From contig QPMI01000287.1 of NCBI GenBank assembly GCA_004431415.1, positions 1 through 61,462 on the forward strand: a stretch of DNA of 61,462 nt. The letters are read 5' to 3'. Positions 12,707 to 24,107 of the stretch are shown piece by piece (positions within the stretch are counted from its first letter, which is position 1; every line of letters begins with the position of its first letter). A program made the translations under genes and the position numbers. The stretch comes from Cyanophora paradoxa CCMP329. Its lineage: Eukaryota; Plantae; Glaucophyta. Below the pieces are notes generated by a model. The model was not told the origin of the DNA. It made no database searches and saw only the letters and a list, made by a program, of their open reading frames with translations.

Positions 12707-15700
12707 CAGTTGGTCAGCATGTGTATCTCGCCATTCGGGCGCGTTCTGGAGTCGTCGTTGGGGTCCAGCCGATACGGCTGGCCCGTTCTCGGCTGTCTCT
12801 TCATCCCCATCTGCTTGGGGCGAGGGCTGTTCCGCTGCAAAGTGCTGGGTCAGTGGACGCATTCGAACTTTACGTCTTGCGCGTATGCGGGGCTTGCGGG
12901 CTTCGTACGCTTTAGCATCTTCTACATTTAGACCGTAAAAGTCCGCCTCGCTGATAGCCGGTTTCGCGAGTTGCACTGGGCGCACTGCAGCCGGTTGGGG
13001 GCCCTGGCCAGCGGTGGCGGGCTGCTGCTGCTGCTTGCTACGCTTATCGACCTTCATGCGCTGGGTGATCCCGTGTGTTTTCTCCCACTTGATCATGTCG
13101 TCGCAGCGCTTCTTCCATATCGCGCGTAGCGCTTGCTGGATCTTGTCTACGATGTCCGTCGGCGTTTGCCGCGCCTTACGCTTCGGCACGCCCAAGAGCT
13201 CGAGTGCCTTGTCGAAGCCAGAGGGAAGCACGAGGTGCAGTAGCGCGCTGGGGGGCTACGTGCGCAGCTCTGTGAGGAGCGCTCGTAGCGGCTGCCAGCG
13301 CTCGTCGGGCATGGGCTGCGTGCGCCCGTACTTGTCAGTGCACACCGCGTGCATAGGAAAGGCCAGGTGCGCTGGTTCGCCTGCCTTCCTCTTCGTGTCT
13401 GTCACCTCAAGGAAGGGAAAGAGGTGCATGATGAATGTTACGTAACAGCTGCCGAACTTACGCGTCTCTAGGAGCTTACGTACGTGCTCAACGAGCGCAA
13501 GCTGCAGTTCCATCATTTCGAACGAGGTTTGGGCACAGGTGAAGACGTGTGCGTGATCCTCGACTGGTCCCTGCCATGTCAGCGTTGGTTTTCCATCGCG
13601 GAATTCTGTTTGATGCCTGCCGCAGCGGGGGCAAGCTGCCCGCGGGTTGAGCGGCGCGTACAGTTGTGGTGCGTCCCTCACGCGGCGCTTCATCGTAGGG
13701 AGCATATTCGTCACGATCTGTATGATAGTTTTGCGCAGGCCTGACATCGCCTCATTCGGGCGGCGTGCACGCCCGCGGCCCAGTAATGTGAGTAAGTCAA
13801 ACATCGGCCGGAAGTCTGATAACGGGTGGCGGACCGCTTCTCCTGCCGAGGGAAGTGCGCGCCACGCAATGAAGCTTTGCAGGTGCACTATAGCTTTGGC
13901 GAACGTTGTTGGGTCTCCTTCTACTCGTAATGCTCTCATCTGGTATGGTCCCCAGCGCCTTGCGGCAAATTGGTCGTAGCTGGTTCCGAGTGGGTCCCGT
14001 TGGACCATAAACAGTTCTACCGAGAATCCTCCTGGCAGGAACATTCAATGATACCATTCAATCCTGAACGTGAAGTTGCCCTTCCTCTCGTGCCTTGTTG
14101 GCATATTTGTCCACTAGGTCATTGAATGGATCATACTTCACGTTCAGGATTTTCTCTCCCTCGTCTTCCCGTGTTACCCTGTTAGGGCGCAATTTGATCG
14201 TGGTTGCTGGGACTGAAACTGTTTTGTTGGGCGAAGTCTTCGGGGGTGCTGGTTTGGTGGGGGCTGGTCCGAGTTGGACTCCTGGGCCATTGTAGATGAT
14301 CTGGCATGCCTTCACTGCAGGTGGTGTGTCCTTGTCCATAAGGTATCGCTGGAGTGTCCAATTGAATTGCGCATTGTAGGAGTGGAACGTGATCATCGTG
14401 GGGTGGGGGAACTCTCCAAAGTAGGTTCCTGTCATTGATACCGATGTTTTAGGTACTCTGATATAATCCCACAGGATATAGTATCCGTCGAATTCCAGGC
14501 GAGTAAATGGGATGCGTGTGTATCCCGGGTGGGGCCCCTTGCCCCGCCAATGGGGATTCGCCGTTTCGTAATCTACTACCATATCGGCTCGGAGACTGGT
14601 CGGGAATTCCCGCAGGGGGTCCAAGATGATGCGGTAGCCTTGTTCTTCTATATATGTTCTCGAATATTGTGCTTCTAGTAGGATTTTCTCCCACATGGTA
14701 CTCATGATGTATCGCACTCCGTTGGGTAGGTCCAGGAGTCTATCGATTGAGACCCACGCTCCGAAGGATGTGAGGTCATCCAGTGAGTTATCATTGTCGG
14801 TGGGGTTAAATGAGTGGCAGCTGACATCCGGGGTCTGGGGGACAGGAGGCGTGACCGCGTCTGGTTGGATACTTGGTGGGGAATCTGGATATTGGAGCCA
14901 GTTGTGCGGGGTCCATCTTTGGTATAAGCAATGCGGTTTAGGGATCCAGCGTCTTTGATGTGCGGGTACCCATTGTGCTTGCAGTGATAAGCCCTTGAGT
15001 GTGGGGTGTTTCTGCTGGACGGCTTGTTGTACGGTGCGGAGTGATTGCCAGACTCGCACTTCTGCCGCGTACGGGTTCCGCAGTTGCTTCCTGGTGGTGG
15101 GTCGGCGCCCGCCAAGGCTTGCCAGCAGGTTAGCCGTCAGCAGGGAGTCGGTGTAAGCCCTTTTGTGTGTTCCGTTAAGACTGTCTACAAACATCACGCT
15201 CAGGATCTCGCCTTTGTTGTTCTCTTGTCGTCCTTAAAGGACTGTGTGTAAAACCTCACTTGCCTGTGCCTCACTCTCTTGTCGCGTCAGGCTGGCCAGT
15301 GGGGCGCCTCGGTTCAACGCTAATTCCTCGCCTTCATCGGTCAGTTTGATTGCTGAGATCCCTGTAACATTCGGAAAGCTCAGTCGCTCCATGAACCGTG
15401 GGAGGGTAATGGAGGTCGATTTCGTGCTTGTGTCTGTGTAATATGCGTTGCCGCTTCCGGCCTGGAGTTGGAGCATGTCTGAGTCCGTTAATAGGTCTTT
15501 GTTGTACGTCTCGGTCAGTCTTTTGAATGCTGCTTCGAGGAATAATATGATCTTGAACGATGACACAGATCTATCCGCAAGGTCAACGTCAGCCAGCCAG
15601 TCGGCCATCTGCGGTTGGAGTTGGTACCGTTCCGCCGGAGGAGCTTCCTCTTGATGGGGCTGGCCCTCGGGGATCGAGGCATCCCGGCTTTCCCTCTTAA

Positions 15701-15876
15701 ATTCTTCATGGAGGTACTGGGCTTCTTGTTTGATCGTCTTCTGTCATACACAGGATCTGAACTTGTTTATTCTTATGCTTAGTTTCGATACGGTCTGGAT
15801 CATTGATCAGCATCTGCTTCCTCCGTCGTCTGCCGGGGATTGTTGGTGGGGTCCACCCTTCTGGTTTGATCACTTT

Positions 15877-15984
15877 TTTTTTTGCAAAAGTGGACGTCGC
15901 ATTGATACACCACGGCACATGTATCAATGTTCTACGTGACGTGCCCTTCCGACCGGTCATCTATCTAGCCGAAGATGCTAGCTA
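15877..15984 (-). mobile_element. ~108-bp poly(A)-tailed retroposed insert (SINE or 5'-truncated LINE 3' end) with a 15-18-bp TSD
   Basis: TTCTGGTTTGATCACTTT at 15859-15876 and 15985-16002; T-run (poly(A) on minus) next to the left copy; internal stem ATTGATACA/TGTATCAAT. Confidence 0.85.
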
Positions 15985-18900
15985 TTCTGGTTTGATCACT
16001 TTGATTACCTGAACTTTACGAATATTGTACAGGTACTCTAGCCATCTGCATCTATTATGACTGTGGCCTGGTGTTTCCAGTGCGACTTCCCAGTTGTCAC
16101 AGGCCTTGGGGTGTGGGCACCATTCGAACTGTTTGATCAGGCCTGCTGGTGTGTCTTTTGGTTCATCGTACAGTGCGAAACAATGGTTCAGAATGACCAT
16201 CCTCATTGTGCCTTGGGGGTGTTCAAAGGAGGTGTGTGATGATGTCGATTGGGCTGGGGAGGCTGGTACTTGCAGTGGGGGTTCGGCCTCATCCTCTGTC
16301 ACAGATCCACTGGATGCTTCTCCTGTCACGTCTGTTTCAACTGAGCTACTCTCGTAACTGTGCTCCGATTCGGGGTACGTGTATGTAAGTGTGTCGTTTT
16401 GGATGTCAACGATCACGTGTGCTATAACCTCGCCTAGCAGTCCTGCCGTGGTCATCACGTAGTCTCCTACTCGGATGTCCGTTTCAAAGGTTTTGAGCGC
16501 GTGTTTGACCTGGAGCGTGGATGGGAGGGGTGATTCTAACTTGCCCGTGGCTGGGTCTCGTAGTTCGAATCTGACTGTTTTGAACCATGTAGGTTCTGTC
16601 TGGCGGTGGAAAGGGACTTGTCCTCTCATTCTTAGGTCCGCCCAGCTGGCCAGCCTCTGTCCATCAGCTGTGCAGACGTCTTGCGTAGTAAGCAGGCCAT
16701 GGTCTCTGAGCTGTGGACCGTGCTTCTTGAGTGTGTGGCTTGAAAGGTGCGTGGTAATGACGTAGTTTCGGCTTAGATTCTTGACTCGCTCATGTGTCCA
16801 TTTAGGAGTGAGGATCTGGAGTTCACCGCTTGGGGCCAGGTGATATGTCCCGTCGTTTCTGCTGTCGAAGAAGAGGTTGGACTCAATCATTTCGCGCGCA
16901 ATCCCAAGGATCAGGTTTTCGTTGGCCTGTCGCTCGGAGATGCGCAGTTGTGGGTAGCAGCTCGGCAACAGAACTAAGCCCAGTTCATATTGCGTTGCTT
17001 TTACCCGGTGCTGATATACTTTGCTGACCAGGGTATCAGCCACATGGTTGAGTCTCGTCTTCTCGTCTAGGAGGTGCATTTTTAGCTGGTAGTATTGTAT
17101 TGGGTGTAAACCGTAAATGTCGGGCGTGTGGAGTACTGCGGACGGGAACCCTCGGTGAAGACTTGCTTTTTCTTTGAGTAACCCTCGAAATATACGATCG
17201 ATTTGATTTCGTTTCGTCTCAGACAAAGTGAGCACTTTGAGTCCGTATGTTATCCGTGGCATTATCACTACGTGGGTGAGGAAGATGATTTCTGTGTCTG
17301 TCAGGCGTTTTGGTCGGAGGATAGCTGCTGCCATCTTGGCCTTCTCGAGCATGTTCTGGAATTGGTGCGTCCAGTTCAGTGTCATCGTGAACCAAACCCC
17401 AAGAAATTTAAATGTTTCGTTGGGCTGGTGGATTTTAGGAACCGGAACCAGTCCTGCTCTCGTATAGATTTTTAGTTTTGTCAGGGGTTTAGCTTTGCTG
17501 AGTCGGGGTCGCCAATATGTTGCTACTGTTTTTGGCACGCTCAGCTCTATGTCGTGTACCGTATAGAACGCTGACATTAGTTTGACCATTTGCTGGAGTC
17601 CTTCTATTGACCCGCTAAGCAGGACGTCGTCGTCAGCGAAGGCCACATCATCCACCCAAACTGGATCTGGGGCCCATTCCTGGGGTAGTCCTTTCTTCTG
17701 AGGAGCCGGTCCAAACTGGTAGCTCCAGCCATTTTGCTTTGCAAGTTTAGATATGATTCGCTCTTTCTGATCTACAAAAATCCGCCAGAAGAGTGGGCTT
17801 TGGTTTGCTCCTTGCGCCATTCCACATTGGATCTCAAATAGGTCTGACAGCCCCAATCCCGTTATTGCTCGTCCCATTCTCTTCTCATCCCATCTTCTGA
17901 AGAAGGCAATGATTATCTCTGGGATCTTCTTTTGCCGGAGGGCTTTTTCGAGGGACAACCACATGACGCTACAGTATGCCTTTTTGACGTCGACGCCCGC
18001 TTTATAGATTGGCTTGTTAAACTTGTGTGCGTCTTCAATAGCTGCTCTCAAGATGTATAAGGGTTCCTCTGTGCCTACCCCTGGAGTGAATCCAAAGTTC
18101 GACTCGCTCAGGATTTTGTTATCCTGCATGATTATGGTGAGTCGTTCTGTGTAAATACTTGCCACTATTTTCAGCAGTGTGTCTTGAAGGGCGATGGGGC
18201 GCAGATTCTCTAATGTACCGTCGTGTGTGCCTGTCTTCGGAAGGGGACATATGAGTGCTTCTGCCATTGGGGCTGGCATATCATCCAGGTCCATGAGTTC
18301 CCAGATGATTGCTTTGATCAGCATCCTTAGTGACGCTGTAAATTCTGTTTCTACAATCGCGTCGGCAGTTCCTATGTGCTTCAGCTTGTCTTCTGCCTGT
18401 GCCTTTTCTCCCGGACTGTACTTCAGTGGAAGGTACAGGAATTTGATCATTGCATTGCTTAATTGTGATGGTCCTGCTGCTCCGTTTTGGAGTCCGCCTA
18501 TTATTCTATCTAATTCCTTGTCGTCCGGTAGGTTTGTTGCGTTTGCATATGCCTGGTGTTTGATGTCCTCTCTTTCGGCATGCATCGCGATCAGGGCTTC
18601 CGTCACCTCTTGGCCGAAGAGTTTCAGCCATTCTGTTTTATCTTCTATAGGTGCACGTGGCGCCCACGAATTCTTCCAGTGATTGGCCATGACGGACGTC
18701 ACTGTGTTTGAGTCGTTACTGTGCTGTAGTTGGCCCTTCTCGTCTTTCCATACTACATGCATCAGCGGTGTGCGTGATCGTTTTTCCATCACTCCCGCTA
18801 TGTATGACCCCATTTGTTTGTGGTTCTCCAGCTTGGTCCATCTTTTGTGTATTAGGGCCTGCATCTTCAGTCTGTGGTGACTGTTCTTCGCTCTGGAGAT

Positions 18901-19962
18901 CTTGGAATCCATCGTTTCCAGCCAGCTCTTCCAAGTTTCGCAGAAAGCCTCCCACGGTTCGTCTTTCTTGTATTCTGGTGGCGGCTCCAGTTTGGACGGC
19001 TTGTATTTTGGGATGTCGTGCTGGATGTTATCTTTATCCTCGTCTATCTCCTGGTTGTGCTGCTTGATGTGTGCTCGCAGACGTCCTACTTCTTCCAGTT
19101 TGCTGGGGGCGTCTTGTGGTGCCTGTACCCATGCCTTGAGGAGGGTGCGCCCCCGTCGAACCAGGGCTACGTCTGGGGTTGTGCTTGGATTCTTCATTTT
19201 CTGGACGGTTCTATCTCTAAATATCTCCGCTTTAGCAAACTCTGGTTTCCGTGCTGCAGTTTGCATGGTGGGAACTATGGCTGTTACGATTGTGTGTAGC
19301 CTTGTCAGCCGTTCATCCTTGGGGCGGCGTAGTTCCTGTGTTGGATGACTTAATTCGTTTATAATTTCCTCGACCTGGCGGCCTATAGATCTGTCCAGTT
19401 CTTCCATTACTTTCACCTTGTACTTGGTGCGAACTTCAATGTCCTGTTCTTCAATTGTAAACCGTGGGGGTCCTGGAACCGGTGCGTTCGGTTTATTCGA
19501 TCCTTTGATTTCCATCTCCATTGCCTTGAAGTTGAAGTCGGCGCAGACCGGGAGGTGGTCGGAGTGGCCAGGTTGGTGTGCTGCTATCGCAATGGCCCGG
19601 GCTCCTTTCGTTGCTGGTCGGACGTCGGCTGTTACCACCATCGTGTCAAGTCGTGCGGCGTGGAGGGCTGCTCCTTTGCCCGCCCAGAATGTAACCTCCC
19701 CGGGCTGTCCGATGTCCGTCAGTCCCCATTCATTTTGCATTGTTGTCCAAAATGTTCTGTCTGGCCCTGATCTGTTGCTCCAGGTCCCGTTTGTGATTCG
19801 ATCCTGCTGGGGGTTTGCCACACTGTTAAAGTCTCCAGCTAGTATAATCGAGCATTTAACTGGGCTGGCGTATGCTGTTGCTCTGATTGTGGTATGGATG
19901 TATTCTATAAGGTCCTCCTGTTCTTTCTTGTGACCCGTGTCTCGCCGTTCAGTTGCTGGCAT
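15982..19962 (-). CDS. Largest intact segment of the non-LTR ORF2 (APE C-terminal half plus reverse transcriptase)
   Basis: 1326-aa ORF with GDFN, SDH, RPIAL, FGF, DVKKAY, QG, FADD motifs. Confidence 0.85.
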   Translation of the reverse strand: MPATERRDTGHKKEQEDLIEYIHTTIRATAYASPVKCSIILAGDFNSVANPQQDRITNGTWSNRSGPDRTFWTTMQNEWGLTDIGQPGEVTFWAGKGAALHAARLDTMVVTADVRPATKGARAIAIAAHQPGHSDHLPVCADFNFKAMEMEIKGSNKPNAPVPGPPRFTIEEQDIEVRTKYKVKVMEELDRSIGRQVEEIINELSHPTQELRRPKDERLTRLHTIVTAIVPTMQTAARKPEFAKAEIFRDRTVQKMKNPSTTPDVALVRRGRTLLKAWVQAPQDAPSKLEEVGRLRAHIKQHNQEIDEDKDNIQHDIPKYKPSKLEPPPEYKKDEPWEAFCETWKSWLETMDSKISRAKNSHHRLKMQALIHKRWTKLENHKQMGSYIAGVMEKRSRTPLMHVVWKDEKGQLQHSNDSNTVTSVMANHWKNSWAPRAPIEDKTEWLKLFGQEVTEALIAMHAEREDIKHQAYANATNLPDDKELDRIIGGLQNGAAGPSQLSNAMIKFLYLPLKYSPGEKAQAEDKLKHIGTADAIVETEFTASLRMLIKAIIWELMDLDDMPAPMAEALICPLPKTGTHDGTLENLRPIALQDTLLKIVASIYTERLTIIMQDNKILSESNFGFTPGVGTEEPLYILRAAIEDAHKFNKPIYKAGVDVKKAYCSVMWLSLEKALRQKKIPEIIIAFFRRWDEKRMGRAITGLGLSDLFEIQCGMAQGANQSPLFWRIFVDQKERIISKLAKQNGWSYQFGPAPQKKGLPQEWAPDPVWVDDVAFADDDVLLSGSIEGLQQMVKLMSAFYTVHDIELSVPKTVATYWRPRLSKAKPLTKLKIYTRAGLVPVPKIHQPNETFKFLGVWFTMTLNWTHQFQNMLEKAKMAAAILRPKRLTDTEIIFLTHVVIMPRITYGLKVLTLSETKRNQIDRIFRGLLKEKASLHRGFPSAVLHTPDIYGLHPIQYYQLKMHLLDEKTRLNHVADTLVSKVYQHRVKATQYELGLVLLPSCYPQLRISERQANENLILGIAREMIESNLFFDSRNDGTYHLAPSGELQILTPKWTHERVKNLSRNYVITTHLSSHTLKKHGPQLRDHGLLTTQDVCTADGQRLASWADLRMRGQVPFHRQTEPTWFKTVRFELRDPATGKLESPLPSTLQVKHALKTFETDIRVGDYVMTTAGLLGEVIAHVIVDIQNDTLTYTYPESEHSYESSSVETDVTGEASSGSVTEDEAEPPLQVPASPAQSTSSHTSFEHPQGTMRMVILNHCFALYDEPKDTPAGLIKQFEWCPHPKACDNWEVALETPGHSHNRCRWLEYLYNIRKVQVIKVIKPE

Positions 19963-21654
19963 ATATTAGGAGGCAATGATGATCTTTTTAGCTGCGAAGT
20001 TCAGTTCCACCCCTATTGGCCTTCCCGGCCAGGTAAACCGTTTTCCTATATGGATCTTGAGTCGTTCGCTCAACCATAGGCCGGTCCCCGACCCACGCGG
20101 GTCTTTCTTCCTGCCCGAGTGCAAGAAGACTCCGTCCTTCGAGTATTGTGTTTGCCAGATTTTCCCTTTTGTTTCAGAGGCGTTGGTTTCCTGAAGGGCT
20201 AATATGTCATAGGACCACTCTCGTGCTGTAGTCAGGGCCATAGACAGTTTGTCTTCATTGAGTGTCTGGCAATTCCAGGATGTGATCCTAACCAGGTCGT
20301 CTGGCTTCTGCTTTTGTATTTGGATGGGGTCCTGACCAAAGTGTGTGTCGCTGTGGTCTAGTGCTCCCTCCAAGCTCTCTTGGATAATTCTCTCACTCTC
20401 AAGGGCTGAGGTTGTGGGAAGTTGCCCGATGCAGCCTATGAGCACTATCATCAGGACGAAGTTTGTGAGCGCTCGCTTTCTTGACTGAGCAGTGGCTATC
20501 CGGGAGGTTCCTTCAATAAGTAGCAGTGGTCCGAGAAGGTAGGGGCAGGACACTATAATGGGAATGATTACCTCTTGCAGATGTGCGATCACGGCATGCA
20601 ATACCATTGCAGCTTGTTGTATTTTGTTTTGTTCATGGACTACTCGTGATTCTTGGTCTGTTCTGCTCAGTATCCTGCGGCAGCGAAATCGTCCCGCACT
20701 TGGTTGGAGGACGGCACGTGGGTCTGGGAGTTGGGGCCGAGGCCCCCACGCCCCCGTGGGTTTCCGCGGCCGTGGCCGCCCCGCCCGCCCCGTCCGCCCC
20801 GTCCGCCCTGTCCATCCTGTCCCGGTCCGTTGCCAGGCCGATCCTGTGGTGAACATGCGGGGGAATGTCAATGTTTGGCCCAGGTTCTGCCTTAGTTCCT
20901 TGGGTCTGGTGCACCGGTTTGTGTGGGCACTTGTCTGCCTTATGGATGTACGATTCAAGCTCCTCGCAGATATCAGATGTCTGGCTGAAGCATGTTTTAC
21001 AGAAGGGTGCCCAATTGAATCGTCCATTCCAGTTGGGGATGTGAATGGCGTAAATGTGGGCTTCGGAGACCCCTGTGACTGTGTGAGCTGGAGTACATCA
21101 TGTTTAGGAGGGACGTGCCGTCTTCCATCTCGTAGATTGTTGCCACTACTTGGCCTGCGACCACCGCTTGCTTCCGCTGGGCCAGCGCCATCAGCTCTGA
21201 GAGGGCTCGGGACTGCGGCAGGGACATGCGCCCCAGTTGAAACCACAGTCTGGAGTCGATGGGGAGCCGATGCATCTGTGACTCTGTTGAGTTTTCTCTG
21301 GTTACATTCTGAATGAAGACTCACCGCTCGAATCCTTCTGGCCAACATGTCATTTGCCTCTTGCTTCTCATGGTCCTCATCTCCAATCTCCAATCCGACA
21401 GTAATGTATGTTGGCATTTCTTCGTGGAACATCGTTGTTCGAAGCCCCCTGCGGGTTGTCCCACGGCCAATCGAGCTGCGCCGCCGTCCCCCCGTTCTGC
21501 GGCTGCTCGACCGTCACCACCTTGCACGTCTCACCGGCAGCCAGGCGGGACCCGCGCCGCAGGCTCCAGACCCGTGCGCCAAATACGTTGGAAAGGATGC
21601 GCTGCCACAGGAGCTGCGCAAGAAACATCCTGCCCTCTTCAAGGGGTCGCGAAA

Positions 21655-22315
21655 ATGTCTCGCACCCAGACCATCCCGCCCGTCCTCGTTCACGCCCGCC
21701 AGCCGCCCGCCTACCACGCGTATCCGGACCCCTTCTACGCGCCATTCTCAGCCTTGCAGGGGCCGCCCGCATCATCGCCCCCCCCCAAGAGCGCATCGCC
21801 CATCTTCGTTCAGATCCACGCACGACCCTCAACCCCGACGGCAACAAAGTTCAGCCTCGTACACCCCCGTCTACATGCTCAAGTTCGCCGTCCAGGGGGT
21901 GAGGCTCGAGACTCCCTCGTACTTCCTCACGTTCTCGAGCCTATGAACGAACACCGCGATCCCGGAGGTCCGCAGCGAGGGGGGGCTGGTCATGGAGGGC
22001 GTGCAGGAGAAGATCGTCGTCACCTGCAACGAGATCCCGAACCTCCGGGCCTCACAATCTTACCAGTACCCTGCGCGGTACATCCGGACGCTCATGCAGA
22101 CGGGGCTGAGGAACATGGACGTGACCGTCGAGGCGTGGAACTTTGATGCAAAGACATTTGTGGCACCGTGGGTCCAGGCAGACGAGGACCTTCCTTCCAT
22201 CCCATACACAGAGGGGGGCAGGTCGGTGGAGCGCATGATCGACCGCTCGCTCGACATCAAGCTCATGATCATGCCCCAGGTGGCGGCCGGCGAGACGATC
22301 CTGGCCGCCTCTTAA
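21655..22315 (+). pseudogene. Putative virophage/Polinton-like minor capsid (penton) fragment, disrupted
   Basis: C-terminal pattern YQYPARYIRTL..GLRNMDVTVEAW..SLDIKLMI resembles the C-terminal beta strands of virophage/PLV pentons; upstream in-frame stop at ~21944 and a frameshift. Confidence 0.4.
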
Positions 22316-22334
22316 TTTGTGGGGGTAGGGGTAG

Positions 22335-22703
22335 ATGGATTCCGAAAGCGTCACTTTCCTGCACAACCCCCACTGCCCGTACGTCCAGCGGGTCGAGGAT
22401 GCGATCCCAGAGCTTAAGAACCCGTACTCGACAGCCCAGGAAGGAATCATCAAGATGACCCTGCGCGAGTTCATGGCGGACCTGCGACTCCGAAGCGCGA
22501 TTGTTCAGCCAAGCACGGTGCAGGTGCCGCCGCTGGGGACGCCCTCCGTCTTCACGGGGGGGTGGCTCTACCAGGGAACACAGGAGAGCATCCTGGTTCT
22601 GCGTGCGGCCGTTCAAAGGTCAAGGCCGCGGTCCCGCGTCGGCTACGGCGGGTTCGCGTCACATCAGCTGCCCATGTCCGGCTGGGGCGGGGGTGGCTTC
22701 TAA
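22335..22703 (+). CDS. Hypothetical 122-aa protein of the virus-like block
   Basis: ATG start, GC3-rich codons, tightly packed between co-oriented ORFs, Gly-rich C-terminus (MSGWGGGGF). Confidence 0.5.
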   Translation: MDSESVTFLHNPHCPYVQRVEDAIPELKNPYSTAQEGIIKMTLREFMADLRLRSAIVQPSTVQVPPLGTPSVFTGGWLYQGTQESILVLRAAVQRSRPRSRVGYGGFASHQLPMSGWGGGGF

Positions 22704-22736
22704 ATTTGTTCTGAGCAAGGAGTAGTTGGAATCCCA

Positions 22737-23985
22737 ATGGTTGAATGGAATGATGTGGGCAATGCGGTATGGGAGGGGGGCAAGTATCTGGCAGGGATGG
22801 CTGGTTTGGAGTATGCAAAGAACAAAGCACCCGAAGTCTTGCAATACCTGAAGGAGAACAAGAAAGACATCATCAAATACGGCAAAGACAACGTCCTCGA
22901 TCCCATCTTGAACGAAGCGAAGAAGGGGTTCGAGAACATAGGAGAAAAGGACAGGGCAAAGCGGAAAGACCTCCGCGAGGTGCAGAAGAAGATCCAGGCG
23001 GCGAAGCTCGAGGTCAAGAAGAAGCGCGAGGAGATGCTGATCGAAAGGAGCAAGTCGCGGAACAGGAGGGAGTACGAGGAGAAGAAGGAATGGAACTTGC
23101 TGAAGAAGGACGCAATCAGGGGTGCCATCCCTGTAGCGGGAGAGATCGCGAAAAGGGTGGCTGGTCGCGTCGGGCAGGCGTGGTACAAGTACTGGAAATC
23201 GGCGCCCAAGGAGGAACCCAAGGCGAGGTCAAGGAGCGCCCCCCAAAACAGGAGCCGTTCCTGGTCGCGGCGGAAGAAGCACAGGACGCCGCGCCGCATC
23301 CCATGGCACGAGCAGCTGAACGGGCCCGGGCTTTACAGGACGGTTTCGCGGCGATCACGGGGTCGCTCGGCATCCAGGGGCCTCTCGAAGCACTGGAGGC
23401 ACCGCAGGCACTGGAAGCGGTCCCGGTCGATCACGGGCAAGCTGCGCCGGGCCATGAAGCGCAACAGGACCAAGCGCCAACTCTACAAGCTCGCGCTGGG
23501 CATGAAGGGGTCCGGGCGGGGCAGCAGGTCCCCCGACGACAACCGCGAGCTCCGGAGGCTCCTCGGCGTCAAAGCGGACCCCCGCAAGGCCGACCCCACC
23601 TTCAGCCGCACGAACAGGTGGGGCGCAGAAGGCAAGCCGGTGTACGAGTGGCCGACCCCACCTTCAGCTGCACGAACAGGTGGGGCGCAGAAGGCAAGCC
23701 GGTGTACGAGTGGCCGACCCCACCTTCAGCCGCACGAACAGGTGGGGCGCAGAAGGCAAGCCGGTGTACGAGTGGCGCACCAGGAGGAGCGGAGTGAAGG
23801 AGCGCGTGCTGGTGGGGTACGAACACAAGTGGCGGCCCCAGAAAGGAAAGACGGAGGCCGGCATGCTGAGGGATCAGATCCAGCAGATGAAGGCCGCCAC
23901 GGAGCTCGCAAAACTCATGGACAGGGTGAAGAAGGCCGGGCTGTTCAAGGGTGAGGTCACAAAGGCAGCCCCTGCTGCTCCTTGA
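22737..23985 (+). pseudogene. Arg/Lys-rich putative DNA-binding core-like protein, frameshifted by a 62-bp triplication
   Basis: Very basic ORF (RSRSWSRRKKHR...). Collapsing the three 62-bp copies to one joins 22737 to the stop at 23985 (374 aa). LNGPG and MKGSG motifs. Confidence 0.55.
23588..23776 (+). repeat. 62-bp tandem repeat x3
   Basis: GGCCGACCCCACCTTCAGCCGCACGAACAGGTGGGGCGCAGAAGGCAAGCCGGTGTACGAGT starts at 23588, 23650 and 23712. Confidence 0.95.
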
Positions 23986-24034
23986 CCCACTTGCCGCCGT
24001 CCTTGATGTACTTCAGCCCTCGCGCCCTCCTGTT

Positions 24035-24107
24035 ACACATAAAGAAATAATAATTTTTGCCCTTTATTTTTGCCCTTAAGGGCAAAAATTATTATTTCTT
24101 TATGTGT
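24035..24107. terminator. AT-rich perfect 30-bp inverted repeat (hairpin) downstream of the virus-like genes
   Basis: ACACATAAAGAAATAATAATTTTTGCCCTT (24035-24064) is the reverse complement of 24078-24107; the terminator role is inferred. Confidence 0.5.

Larger units (their letters stand above)
12698..21432 (-). mobile_element. Degenerate non-LTR retrotransposon (APE endonuclease-RT-RNaseH-CCHC zinc finger)
   Basis: APE motifs SWNCQTL, ALQET, AGDFNS, RLD, SDH; RT motifs QGANQSP, FADD, FLG; RNaseH YTDTS/NNKGE/YTDS/WVPAH/NDLVD; CPRC..EDHAHVFTC; IWKKRC..WEK C-terminus. Broken by in-frame stops (19966, 15234, 14058, 13256) and frameshifts. Confidence 0.92.

Noticed and set aside
14123-14958. Intein in RNase H
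   Set aside because: No N-terminal C/S or C-terminal HN/HQ plus nucleophile is evident
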